Notes under the pieces: generated by a model
What the model saw: only the letters and a program-made list of their open reading frames with translations
The model's database searches: none
Told to the model about the DNA's origin: nothing
NCBI RefSeq assembly: GCF_036321535.1
Contig: NC_087447.1
Location: 45,324,001-45,388,000, forward strand
Source of the DNA: Camelus dromedarius
Taxonomy: Eukaryota
DNA: 64,000 nucleotides
Direction of reading: 5' to 3'
Program-made: the position numbers and the translations under genes
Shown here: positions 1-11,100 of the stretch, one piece after another
How the letters are laid out: each line of letters opens with the position of its first letter
How positions within the stretch are numbered: the stretch's first letter is position 1

Positions 1-200
1 TATTTACTTGTATATACTTTTCATATAATATACTACTTATATGTATTCTTTATATACTATATATTCTTTATATATACATAAAAAGTATAAGTATTATAAG
101 CATAAATGTATGCTTAAACAAATATTTATGCTTACATATTCATACATGTGTTTATCTAATACATAGTATATATAATATATATTATTTTTATATATAGTCC
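1..200. repeat. AT-rich (TA)n-like low-complexity tract
   Basis: Almost entirely A/T, with repeated TATA/ATAT units. Confidence 0.85.
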
Positions 201-3156
201 TAGATGTGTTTTTTAGGTTATGATTTTTAATTCCTATTTTGTACAAACTTGACCCTGGAGCCCAGTGCAGTGTCTAACACATGGCTGGCACCGCTCTATA
301 CGAAAAACTGAGTAAGTGAATGAGCGAGTTGAGTGCTTACCCTTTGTCCAAATTAATTGTACCTAAAGGTGGGGGTTGAGTCTTGTTTTTACTGAGTTCA
401 GAACAAGGAGGACAGGGAGAAGGGTATGGGGGAAATGGGACTTTTATAGAGAGACATGGCAGGGCTGGGAGAATTCCTGCTGGAAAGGAAGTTCTACTGA
501 GTTTCTCCTGGAAATGAAAGAAATTGTCCATGTTGAGGGACCAACAGATGTTTCTCTGCTTCTAAAAAACAGGAATCCATTCATCAGCACATCACCGTGG
601 CTACCGACAATGTAATTACAACATTCACAGCAGAGGGGACACAGTTGAGACTTAAAGAGAAAATCCCTGAAAAGAGAGACTTTCACTATGCAGTGAGCAA
701 TTAGCTCTGTACTTTAAGTCCATCTTCTAAACATTCTTCTGCTTCAATTTAATGTATTCTATGTTAAAAAATGAATCAGTGAAGGAGACCACTGTCTCTA
801 AAATGCAGAAGATGCAGATGGAGCCAGGCCTAAGCTCAAGGACAGGAATCAGAACAGGGAGGGGACATTCCCACGTGGTCAAACTCCTGTCAACCCACGT
901 CTTGTGCCCGGGGTGGCAGAGCACATTGGAACGGGGGAGAGGGGATCCCGGATACTGGGGAAGTCACAGGGGTTGTCCATATTAATACACAAAGGCTGAG
1001 GGCTGGGCCTCCTCTGCTTTGTTAACTGCTCTGGCACACAGAATGCACTTAATACGTGTGATGTTAGATGAATGGCTGTTTGGTGAAGAAAGGAAAGGGA
1101 AGGCTGAGAGCACCAGCCAGCCGGGCAGGCAGGGGTCTGTGGAGACCAGAGGGTTGCTGACATCCTGATGCAGTGGGAGGCTGATTTCCAGGCAGAAGCC
1201 AGGAAGGGCCCGGCTTGGCCACGGAGACCCAGGTCAGGAGGAGAGAGGCAGCCCTTCCCTCTGGCCTTAGTAAGAGAGTGTTGCAGATAATTGCCCCTCT
1301 TCTCTAGGGAGAGCAAGCCCTGAGCCTTTCTCTGGCTCTGGGTCTGTGCAAACATGCTGAGGGTATCACAAGTGAAAGCATTTTTATGGGATCGTGGATT
1401 CAGGACTTCATTTTGAAAACGAAGAAACTAAGTAAGGCCCAGCTGGGGAGTACATCTGCCTGAGGTCTTTTTAGCCTTAAGAGAGGAACCAGGATTAGAA
1501 CTCAGACCACGTCCTTCCAGGGTCACTGCTCGTTTGGATGCCTCTACCCTCCCCTCTTCTTGTCTCTTCTCTCTTTCTTCTCGTATGACCCCCTAATATC
1601 CACCCCTGAAACCCTGGCCCCGGACGGCAGTGCACACTCACCGACAGCTGCTGACTTTAGAAAAGAAAAGCCAGGTCATCTGCACTGAAGGAGGAAGAGG
1701 GCGGGCAGGAGGGCCCCGGGGTCAGTGAGCGGCACCGCTGTGGCTGTCAGGGAGGGATTTATCCTCCTCCTTCCTCTGTGCATGGGAAGCACCACGGCTC
1801 CACCTGGGAGAAGCTGGGGACAAACAGCGAGTCCCCAGGGCTGGGGGCTCTGAGGACAGGAGCTGTCAGGACTCTCCCCTCCTTGGCCTGCATCCCTCTC
1901 TCCTTCCGTGGGCTCGCGGGAGGCCAAAGGGCCCTGACTTTATAGTGTTCAGTGTCCGGGCTTTGGCTGCTGACAGGTGTCTGCTGCGGCAACGTGGTCC
2001 TGCCTCAGCCACTACTTCTGCTTCATGAGGAAACCAGTCCCAGGCACCCATCACCTCACTGACCCCTTTGCTCACTGGAAGGAGCCAGAGTTTGCTAGAG
2101 AAGCGGGACGTGACGGACGAAGATTATCCATGTGACCTGCACAGCGGCTCCAAATTGCTCCTCTTCCCTGAAGCCCCACAGCCCCAGGGCCCCAGGGGCC
2201 TCTCTCTCCTGCTCTCGCTTTCATGCCTGTTTCTGCATTCCCTTTACAAGGCCATGAATGTGTCCTTCGTCTCTGTCAGTGATAGTGTCTTTGAGCCCAG
2301 AGGCCAACCAGATTAAAATGTTTTATCTACACCCCCACCCCAAATACATTTTCAGGCCTGTCTCAGGCTTTTCCAAGGCTCTCTACTCAGCCTTGAGTGT
2401 GTGGGGCAATCCTTCAACGAGCCCTATGGTAAGCTAAGTGTCCCTAACATTTCCGCTCTTCTTGCCTTCTTCTCTCCTCTGGTAGCACACACCATCATTT
2501 TAGAAAATCCATTTTCCCCTCTCAGTCTATGTTGTAGAACCTGAATTGATGAGGTCAGGTCATATGCACATTTCTTTTCCCTTTCCACGTGTGTGCACAC
2601 ACACAAAGGCACAGATTGGCATGAACAAGGCAGTATATTGTTATTATCTTTCAAGCTGCGAAATATTGATCAGAGTTGTGTGAGGGCAAACCCCCAAATG
2701 GGGCAAATAGATCCAAAACACCCAGGTAGGATGCAGTACAAATTTAGACCTGGTTCAGAACACGTGGTTATGGCCAGATGCAGGCAGGCACAGTCAGGTG
2801 ACAGGGCAGGGTGCAGGGGGCATCTTACTGAATTGTACTTGAGGATGTGGTCTGGGCACAGACTTCATCTAGGCTTGTAGGAGAGGAAGTCCCTGTCAGA
2901 AAAATTTGAGACTGACTGAGCTCAGCCCCTTTCCACAAGGAACACAAGACCTGACCCTGTTCTGTATCAGAGATTAAGAAAACTTGTATGGGAGAGAGAG
3001 ACAAAGATATATTTGATTCTAGAATTCTTTTCAGGGTCCCAATATATGTTATGTTTAAGGGACCTTTTACCCAGAATCAGTACCAAGTCAACTGGGTCAA
3101 GCTTGATGGGGTAAGAGATTAATGCAGAAATGAAACAGTCCCGCCAGTATACATGC

Positions 3157-3189
3157 TGTAGTTTTTCAATACAACCATCAGGGGGAGCC
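3157..3189 (+). promoter_or_regulatory. Candidate CTCF site with core and upstream module
   Basis: TGTAGT(3157-3162)-N12-CCATCAGGGGGAGCC(3175-3189). The core matches CCASYAGRKGGCRS with few mismatches, and a TGYART upstream module is present. Confidence 0.7.
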
Positions 3190-3593
3190 TTATGCTCCCA
3201 AATAGGCTTAAATTCAAATTCTTCTCCCCCTCCCTTCATAACCCCTTCTCAAAAGGTTAAGAAAATAGAACTTTCCTCCCAGCACCATCTTCCCACATCC
3301 TCTGCACCTCTCATATAGCTCTGAAAATTTCCAGTCAGTCTATTCCACCTCTAAAGATGATCTCCATCTCAGGCACACACACGACAAACCCACTCAAGCC
3401 CACCTGAAATCCTGAACTGACAGAGAGGATACATATTTCTCTACTTTCTCAAATTTTGAAGACAGTTTTATTGACCAAGCTTTGGATCCCCAGTCTGGCC
3501 AGACAGACCTAAATGAAATCCTTGCTCAGAGTTCTCTGTCGCTTCATGTTCACCGACTCCGTTGGGGATGGGTGCTCTGTCACAGAAAATGGC

Positions 3594-4134
3594 TGTAGGT
3601 TGCAGGGGAGCAGAATTTGTCATCCCAAAATATGCCTTTTTGGCATAAACATTATTTACGACTGATTATTTTTAAGAAACAGCAGACACAGGAGAAGCTC
3701 TGAAAACCTTTTGTACGTGATATTTATCATTTATAAGGGAGCTCTCTATTTGTAAGCGTGTCTCCCTCTCTGTAACAAGAAATGGAGACTGACTAAATCT
3801 CTAGAGACTTATCTGTGGAGAAGACATGGACTGAAACCTGCATAACAAACTTACCCTTGTTTACTGTGCTTTTCCAGATTGCCTTTCATAAGCGTATCCC
3901 CGACACCCCAACATCTTCTTTTGTCTTTGGCTGGAGATGATATTATTTAAGGTAGTGACCTGGGTCATTTCAGGGAACTACTCAGTTTTCCTGGGTCTCT
4001 CCCATGTATACAGGAGTATACACAATATTAATTAAGCTTTTGTTTGTTTTTCTCCTGTTAATCTGTTGTTTATAATAAGGGGTTTCTGCCAAGAACCGAG
4101 AAAGGTAGAAGGAAAATTATTTCTCCTCGGCCAC
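3594..4134 (+). mobile_element. Solo ERV1 LTR, MER34/MER39-like
   Basis: Starts TGTAGG...GAATTTGTCATCCCAAAATATGCC and ends GGAAAATTATTTCTCCTCGGCCACA (TG...CA termini); resembles recalled MER34-group LTRs. Confidence 0.65.
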
Positions 4135-4517
4135 AAGGCTGAGCTCACTCTTTTCTGAGCCGAGGTGCAGGCCTGTTGGATGAAGCCTTCCCTGGATGAA
4201 CTCCATTTTGTGGTGTGTCACTGACTGCATCTTCGAGGCTGGCAAGACCCACAGAGTTTCAGATTGCAGAAATACTCTATCCTTATCTAGAGCCCTTGAA
4301 AAAGTTTCCAGTTGTAGTTTATTTTGTCCGTTCTCCTGCAACACTGGCTGTCTGCAGCTACGTAAACACAGAACTGCATGATTCCAGAAAGTCTGCAATG
4401 TTCTCCTAGTGGAAGGTTCCACATCTTCCCACAGCAGCCCTTTTAGAAAGTTCTTCTTTCTTTATAGCCTCCCTCTGTCTGTCCACTCATTCTGAAGAGG
4501 AACAAATTTCTATTCTT

Positions 4518-5690
4518 TTTTTTTTTTTTTAAACATTTTTTATTGATTTATAATCATTTTACAATGTTGTGTCAAATTCCAGTGTTCAGCACAATTTTTC
4601 AGTTATTCATGGACACATACACACTCATTGTCACATTTTTTTCTCTGCGAGTTATCATAATATTTTGTGTATATTTCCCTGTGCTATACAGTGTAGTCTA
4701 TTCTACAATTTTGAAATCCCAGTCTATCCCTTCTCACCCTCCACCCCCCTGGTAACCACAAGTCTGTATTCTCTGTCTGTGAGTCTATTTCTGTCCTTTA
4801 TTTACGCTTTGTTTTTGTTTGTTTGTTTGTTTTTGTTTTTGTTTTTTAGATTCCACATATGAGCGATCTCATATGGTATTTTTCTTTCTCTTTCTGGCTT
4901 ACTTCACTTAGAATGACATTCTCCAGGAGCATCCATGTTGCCGCAAATGGCATTATGTTGTCGGTTTTTATGGCTGAGTAGTATTCCATTGTATAAATAT
5001 ACCACTCTTCTTTATCCAGTCACCTGTTGATGGACATTTAGGTTGTTTCCATGTTTTGGCTATTGTAAATAGTGCTGCTATGAACATTGGGGTGCAGGTG
5101 TCATCCTGAAGTAGATTTCCTTCTGGATACAAGCCCAGGAGTGGGATTCCTAGGTCATATGGTAAGTCTATTCCTAGTCTTTTGAGGAATCTCCACACTG
5201 TTTTCCATAGTGGCTGCACCAAACTGCATTCCCACCAGCAGTGTAGGAGGGTTCCCCTTTCTCCACAGCCTCTCCAGCATTTGTCAATTGAGATTTTTGA
5301 ATGATGACCATTCTGACTGGTGTGAGGTGATACCTCATTGTAGTTTTAATTTGCATTTCTCTGATAATTAGTGATATTGAGCATTTTTTCATGTGCTTTT
5401 TGATCATTTGTATGTCTTCCTTGGAGAATTGCTTGTTTAGGTCTTCTGCCCATTTTTGGATTGGGTTGTTAATTTTTTTCTTATTGAGTTGTATGAGCTG
5501 CTTATATATTCTGGAGATCAAGCCTTTGTCGGTTTCACTTGCAAAAATTTTCTCCCATTCTGTAGGTTTTCTTCTTGTTTTATTTCTGGTTTCCTTTGCT
5601 GTGCAGAAGCTTGTAAGTTTCATTAGGTCCCATTTGTTTATTCTTGCTTTTATTTCTTCTAGGAGAAAATTTTTTAAATGTATGTCAGAT
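4518..5690 (-). mobile_element. Young 5'-truncated LINE-1 (ORF2 C-terminus, 3'UTR, polyA)
   Basis: ORFs 5174..5623 and 4968..5222 give the L1 ORF2 C-terminus ([52 protein letters not shown]) split by a frameshift. PolyT at ~4516-4530. Perfect 16-bp TSD ACAAATTTCTATTCTT at 4502-4517 and 5691-5706. Confidence 0.95.
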
Positions 5691-7124
5691 ACAAATTTCT
5701 ATTCTTATTGTAGGCGGTTATCAGAGATACCCCTTTTGGAAAGCCAAGGTTCTATCCCCTCCTTCCCCCAAACATGGGCTAAGCCCACCTGTCTTTTTCA
5801 TCTGTCTATCTCAACTCATGGCCCAGGAAGCTTAGAAAACTCAAGCACCTGTCTCACCAAAGCAGGTCTGACATTTCCCAAACTGTTTCTGAGGCCACTT
5901 CCTCACCTCTACCACAAACCTTTTCTATGTGAAAAAAAAAAAGACAACTTCCCCAGGCTGGTCTCCTTGCTGTTCAATCAGTGGCCACCAGTATGTTGTG
6001 TGTGCATTCCACCTGACTGGACAGCCCCTGTCCCACGCGCTCTAGGCAGACAAAGGATTAGACTCTGCCTACAGTAAGTATATCTTGCAACTTGTTGGAG
6101 AAATGATACTAAGAGTTTCAAAGCCTTTAAAATGCTTTAAGGAGAGTAATAAAAACAGACATTATTGTTGATGTTAGAGGAATGGAAAATACTTGGGAAA
6201 ATCTTATAATAATTCCAGTAGGAGATGAACAAAGTCATGGGATACAGGCAAAGAGAAGAGACCAACGAGGTGCATGTTCAGAGAGTACGATCCCCATAAC
6301 GTGCAGACATCAAGGTGTGAGTGGAGTCTGATACCCAGACACTTTGACACCTATACATTGTATTTCAAGTCTTATTGTTGAGTCCTAGCTTCCCTAACTG
6401 CTGGGATCCTCCCGGTTTCTTTGTAATAACCTGTAGTTTGAGTCCAGATAGATCCATTGCCTTCTGAAATCTTCTGCTCATTTCTCTTTTTCCTCTTTAT
6501 CGAAACCATATTAGTGGCTGAGCTATGATCAAGGAGGAAACATCAGTTTAACCAGCTACTAGACTCAGTGTGGAGTTCCCCGAAGAGAAAGAATTTCTTA
6601 GAAAGGCTCAGTGAGGGAGTTGCCCTCCCCTCTGCCCCCAAACAAATTTTGAGACCAGAGCCAGGCCAAGAGTAAGCAAGATAGGCACCCAGAGAGCAAA
6701 ATTTAAGCAGACACTCATTAGTGAGAAGAGATGCCACTAAGAGAATCTAAGAGATTCTCTAAGAGAATCCTGGAATGGTGACCATGTCCTTCATTTCAGG
6801 TTTTGATGGGCCATCTCAAGTTGCTCTCCACAATCTAGCTTCAATACAGAGCGAAGGCATTTTGGGTGAGATCCAAAAATGCTCCTTGCTTCTCCTTGGT
6901 TAAGTAGTGTTCTCTCAAACAGTTTGACTGAAACCAGCCCCTTATCTTTCATTAACTTAACATTCTTTGTCTTGTTCCCTAATGTAGCTCCATAATGTCT
7001 ATAAGGATGAGAAATTTGGATGAGATAAGATGAGGAATGTAAAGTAAAAAAAAAGGAGAATCCCAGTAGAGAAGAAAAAAAAAAAAACACCTAAAATCTA
7101 AAATGTATTGAATGAAATAAATTC

Positions 7125-7480
7125 ACAAAGGAAAGAAATTTATGGTTACCGGGGGGAAAGGGGGTGAGAAGGGATAAATTGGGAGTTCGAGATTTGCAGA
7201 TACTAGCTAACATATATATAATAGATAAACAAGTTTCTACTGCATAGCACAGGGAACTGTATTCAATATCTTGTAGTCACCGATAATGAAAAGTAATACG
7301 TAAAGGAATATACGTATGTAAGTGTATGACTGAACTATTATGCTGAGCACTAGAAATTGACACAACATTGTAAATTGACTACATCATATATGTATGACTG
7401 AATCACTCTGTTGTACATTTGGAACTAATACAACTATGCAACATTGTAAATTAACTATACTTCAATAAAAGATTAAAACA
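7125..7480 (+). mobile_element. LINE-1 3'UTR fragment (artiodactyl type)
   Basis: Typical L1 3'UTR motifs (TATGGTTACC...GGGATAAATTGGGAG...TAGCACAGGGAAC...ACATTGTAAATTAACTATACTTCAATAAAA); the terminal ~70 bp appears twice. Confidence 0.8.
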
Positions 7481-7880
7481 AAATAAATGATAAATAAACA
7501 AAAATAAAATTTATTGGATGAAATCCAAATTATTTGAACAACAGAGGAAAGGCTAAGTTAACTGAATTTTAAGACACATCAATATAAATCATCCAAACAG
7601 AAACATTGAATAAAGCAAAAATATATTTAAAAATTAAGAATCTCAGAGGTATGTGAGACAGTTTCAAACTATTATATGAGCAATTAGAGTTGTAAAAGAA
7701 GAGATTTTTTTCAAAAAAAATTTCAAAACACTATTGCCTGAATTTTTAAATAATTTGAACGTAAACAGTAGTCATGATTTCATATGCTCAGCAAATTGTG
7801 AGCAAGGCCAATTAAAAAAGAAAGCATATAGCTAAATGTATGTATTTCAAATTGTAGAAAACAAGTAATATATACACACA

Positions 7881-8430
7881 GAAACGGAGCAGGACTCTGT
7901 TGGGTCCTCCCTGGTAGAAATCTTTTCCGTGTCCCTCATTTCTTTTAGTAGGAAATACACTTCATTCACACTCCCTGACCTTCCCTGAATTACAAAGGGT
8001 AGGCTCAAAAAGCTGCTAATCAGGGAAGGGAGGGAATGCAGAGACATGAGAGGAAGACTCAAGCAACAATAGTGCAGACTTGGGGCAGGGTCCTGGGTCT
8101 GCAAGGAATACACATAAGAGTATCTTTGAGTTCTTCCGCAGGAACTAGGGCCCCTACCCAGGTGCAGGATGGCAACTTCAGGCTGAGCACTAGATTCCTG
8201 TACAATGCCCTGTTACCTCAGCACCAGCCATTCAGGAGAACATCACAAACCCTGCCACCCTCACCCCAAATTTGGCCCATTAAAAAAAAACCATCAAAAA
8301 GAAAAAACAAAAACATATCAGGGTGTTCAGGTTTTTTTGAACCCTGAGCTTCATGTTCTCGTTGCTTGGCTCTGCAATAAACCTCTCTCTGCTTAAAGCT
8401 CCAAAGTTTTGGTTTCTTCAGCTTCACTGT
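7881..8430 (+). mobile_element. ERV LTR (solo or 5' LTR)
   Basis: LTR-like composition with polyA signal CAATAAACCTCTCTCTGCT near 8375, next to the ERV internal sequences. Confidence 0.55.
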
Positions 8431-8443
8431 GAACTTCTATTCA

Positions 8444-8444
<1 letters not shown>

Positions 8445-8492
<48 letters not shown>
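8445..8492. repeat. (CA)n microsatellite
   Basis: About 23 perfect AC units. Confidence 0.97.
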
Positions 8493-8494
<2 letters not shown>

Positions 8495-8599
8495 TAAAAA
8501 TAGCCATAGATAAAGACACTTTCATTACATAACAGAAAACTATAAAAAAAAAAAAAAACTTACCAAAATTTTCATGGGGAACAACAGTCAGGGGAAGAA

Positions 8600-10185
8600 A
8601 AAAGACACATACCACATGACACAGGGTGTGCCTTCACCCCCAGGCCTGGGGGTTGACTAACTGATTAATTGGTTGACTGATGGACTGATAACTCATGACA
8701 CGTGGTGCACTTCAACCCCGAGGCCTGGGGCTGGAGGAACAAACCTTCTCATAGAGACATGACACGGGGTGTGCCTCCATCCCCAACCCCGTGTCACCCT
8801 CAGGCCTTCTGATTGACTGACTGATTGATTGATTGACAACTCCGTTTCCCAGAGCTCTGGTTGATTGAGGGCTCAGGTTTCTTGTGTTCTGGATTTTTCC
8901 TTTCCCCTTCCTCTCCCTTCCCCCAATGCTCATTTCTATCTAAGCTACCTTCGATTCCCCCCTCTAGTTATAGAACCCCAAATCTTGGGGACGTTGAGAG
9001 TGAGGGCTGCTCTAGCTACTTCCTGCTGATCTGGGGTGATGATGGAGCTTGTTGGGGTCCCAGATTAGCTGGCTGTCCTTGCACAGGATGTGAGCAAAGG
9101 GTTGGTGTTCATCGAGCTGCTTGGATATGTGTGGTCTTGGCTGACTGGTTGATTACCTTGTTATATAATCATTTGAAGTTTCTCTCTAGATGAGAAGAAA
9201 CACTTTTCATAAGAAGGTTGAAAAGACAGAGGTCAAATATAGAGAGCTAATCCTAGCCAAAGGATGAAAGGGGCAAATAAAGGTCTTAAAAATTTTTGAA
9301 TTCTGTGCTTTCTGTTGGTTTAGGGTTTAGAAAGCAGATGTTGGAGTGTTAGTCCAGTGAACTAAAGGAGGAGTAAAAAGAGGGACCCTAATGTCAGAGA
9401 CATTTTCAATTAGTATTAAAACAGTTTGGTGGGGGCCCTCAAAGAGAAAAGATTTGAACCAGGAGACATTTAAGGAAGAGGCTTCTCTAACAGGGATCCA
9501 TAGTCCCCTAGGGCGATGGAAGAGTCTCACTGCAGTGTTTCTTGGAAAGCAGTTGCAGATCGCTAAGAGGTTCACGAGAATGTGTGCGGTGAACCAGATC
9601 TCATCAGGGTTTTCCAGGGGTTGGTCGGTGAGATCTGTTCTAGCTCCTAGAGAAATGGATAGGGTCTTATGACATAGGCAAAAGGGAAGAGACTCGTCTG
9701 GTGATGGTAATAGTGTAGCAGGATTGAGTGTCCCACAAACAGAGACAGTGACATCTGGGTTTTCCAGTAGTAATGCTTGATATTTAAGAGGCCGAACATC
9801 TGAGAGCCAGAAATGTCTCTTGCCTTTTAAAAGGTCAGAAACTTGATGGTTAGCATATGCTTGTATAGGGGTCCCCAGAGTTAGCTTAAAAGCTTCCTCC
9901 AGGAGAGTGGAGAGGGCTCCCAACACTCTTAGGCAGGAAGGCCAGCCTCGAGCAGTGGGATCTAGCCGCTTGGAGCGGTATCCCATAGGCTGTTGGGTAG
10001 GACCCAGCCGTTGGGTGAGGACCCCCAAGGCTATTCCTCCTCTCTCATGAACAGAGAATTGGAAGGGCCTTGTGGGATTTGGAAGCCCCAAGGCTGGGGA
10101 TCTCACTAGGAGATTTTTGTGATTCTTCTATTGCTTCCTGTTGGGAAGGACCCCACTGGAGATGTCCTCCCAATCATCTACCCCT
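8600..10185 (-). mobile_element. ERV1 (gamma-like) fragment: pol RT-connection/RNase H, internal 3' end, PPT, start of 3' LTR
   Basis: ORF 9327..10106 reads SPALGLPNPTRPF...ALGVLTQ...LDPTARGWPSCLR...KYQALLLE...LNPATLLP...DLTDQPLENPDEIWFT. Minus-strand polypurine tract AGAGGGGGGAA at ~8955-8965. It is followed by an LTR-like region with tandem CATGACAC(A/G)GGGTGTGCC and CAAT-box repeats. Confidence 0.85.
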
Positions 10186-10189
10186 AAGG

Positions 10190-11100
10190 CCCCTTCTGGG
10201 CAGCTGGGGACCCCAGACCCCCATGAATCAGCTCATGGATCTGGTGTTTCAAGTACTGAACAATAGAGGCAGGGCTAAAGAGGCAAAAAGGCTTCAGGGA
10301 CAACAGCAAAAGGCGCAGTTCTTAGCAGCAGCCTTCATCTCCGCACCACCTCAGATTTACCCTCCACCCAAGACCCATGGTGAGGACAGGATCCCGGATG
10401 CCTGCATCAGAGCCACTGTCTCACCAAAAAGGAACTTGTTTTAAGTACAGCCAGGAGGGCCACTGGGAAAACAAATGCCCTGTGAATGGGAAAAGTCCAC
10501 CAGGACCCTGCCCCCTACGCAAACAAAAAGGCCACTGGAAACAGGACTGCCCCCAGTCCTGAAGGGGGCTTGCGGCTCCCAAACCAACGATGGCTGAGAT
10601 GACTAAAGACTGACGGGGCCCGGGACCCTCCCTGGCTCCCACAGGACACCGGGTCATTTCTCTGGTGGAGCCTTGAGTAACCCTTGATGTGGCAGGTAGA
10701 AAAGTTGTCTTCTTATTAGGTAAGGCAGCCACCTACTCTGTGCTGACTGATTTCCCTGGACCCTTGCCCTCCCAATCCTGTGTAACAACGGGGATCACTA
10801 GAAGGCCCCAAACAAGGTGCTTACTAAAAATTTACTTTTACACAGGAGTTTTTGCTGGTGGCTGAGCGTCCCTTCCCCTCGTTGGGAAGGGACCTACTTG
10901 CTCAGTAAATACTAAGAAATAATCCAATTCAAAGACCCTTACATGAAAGACACACATCCCAAAAAAAGGTCTCTTGGCTTCGGGAGCCTGCCTCAGTCCC
11001 AAGCCAGAAGAGGTTTCCCTTCCACCCCATATTAATTCTCAAGGAAACCCTCCTGTCTGGGAAACTGAGGTCCCTGACAGAGCTACTACTGTGAGGTTAT
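10190..11100 (+). mobile_element. ERV1 gag C-terminus, protease and pol start (degenerate)
   Basis: GPQTPMNQLMDLVFQVLNNR (HERV-H/ERV9-like capsid end). Two Zn-knuckle remnants CFKYSQEGHWENKC and CPLRKQKGHWKQDC. gag stop GAC-TGA-CGGGGCCC at ~10611. Protease VTLDVAGRKVVFLLGKAATYSV (decayed DTGA). Confidence 0.85.

Noticed and set aside
879..1355. 158-aa ORF on minus, and 129-aa ORF at 17109-17498
   Set aside because: No recognisable domains; lengths compatible with chance
5391..6077. 228-aa ORF on plus
   Set aside because: Antisense reading of L1 ORF2 running into flanking DNA
8612..8835. Spaced direct repeats CATGACAC..GGTGTGCC, superficially array-like
   Set aside because: Three imperfect copies in an ERV LTR U3-like region of a mammal; not CRISPR
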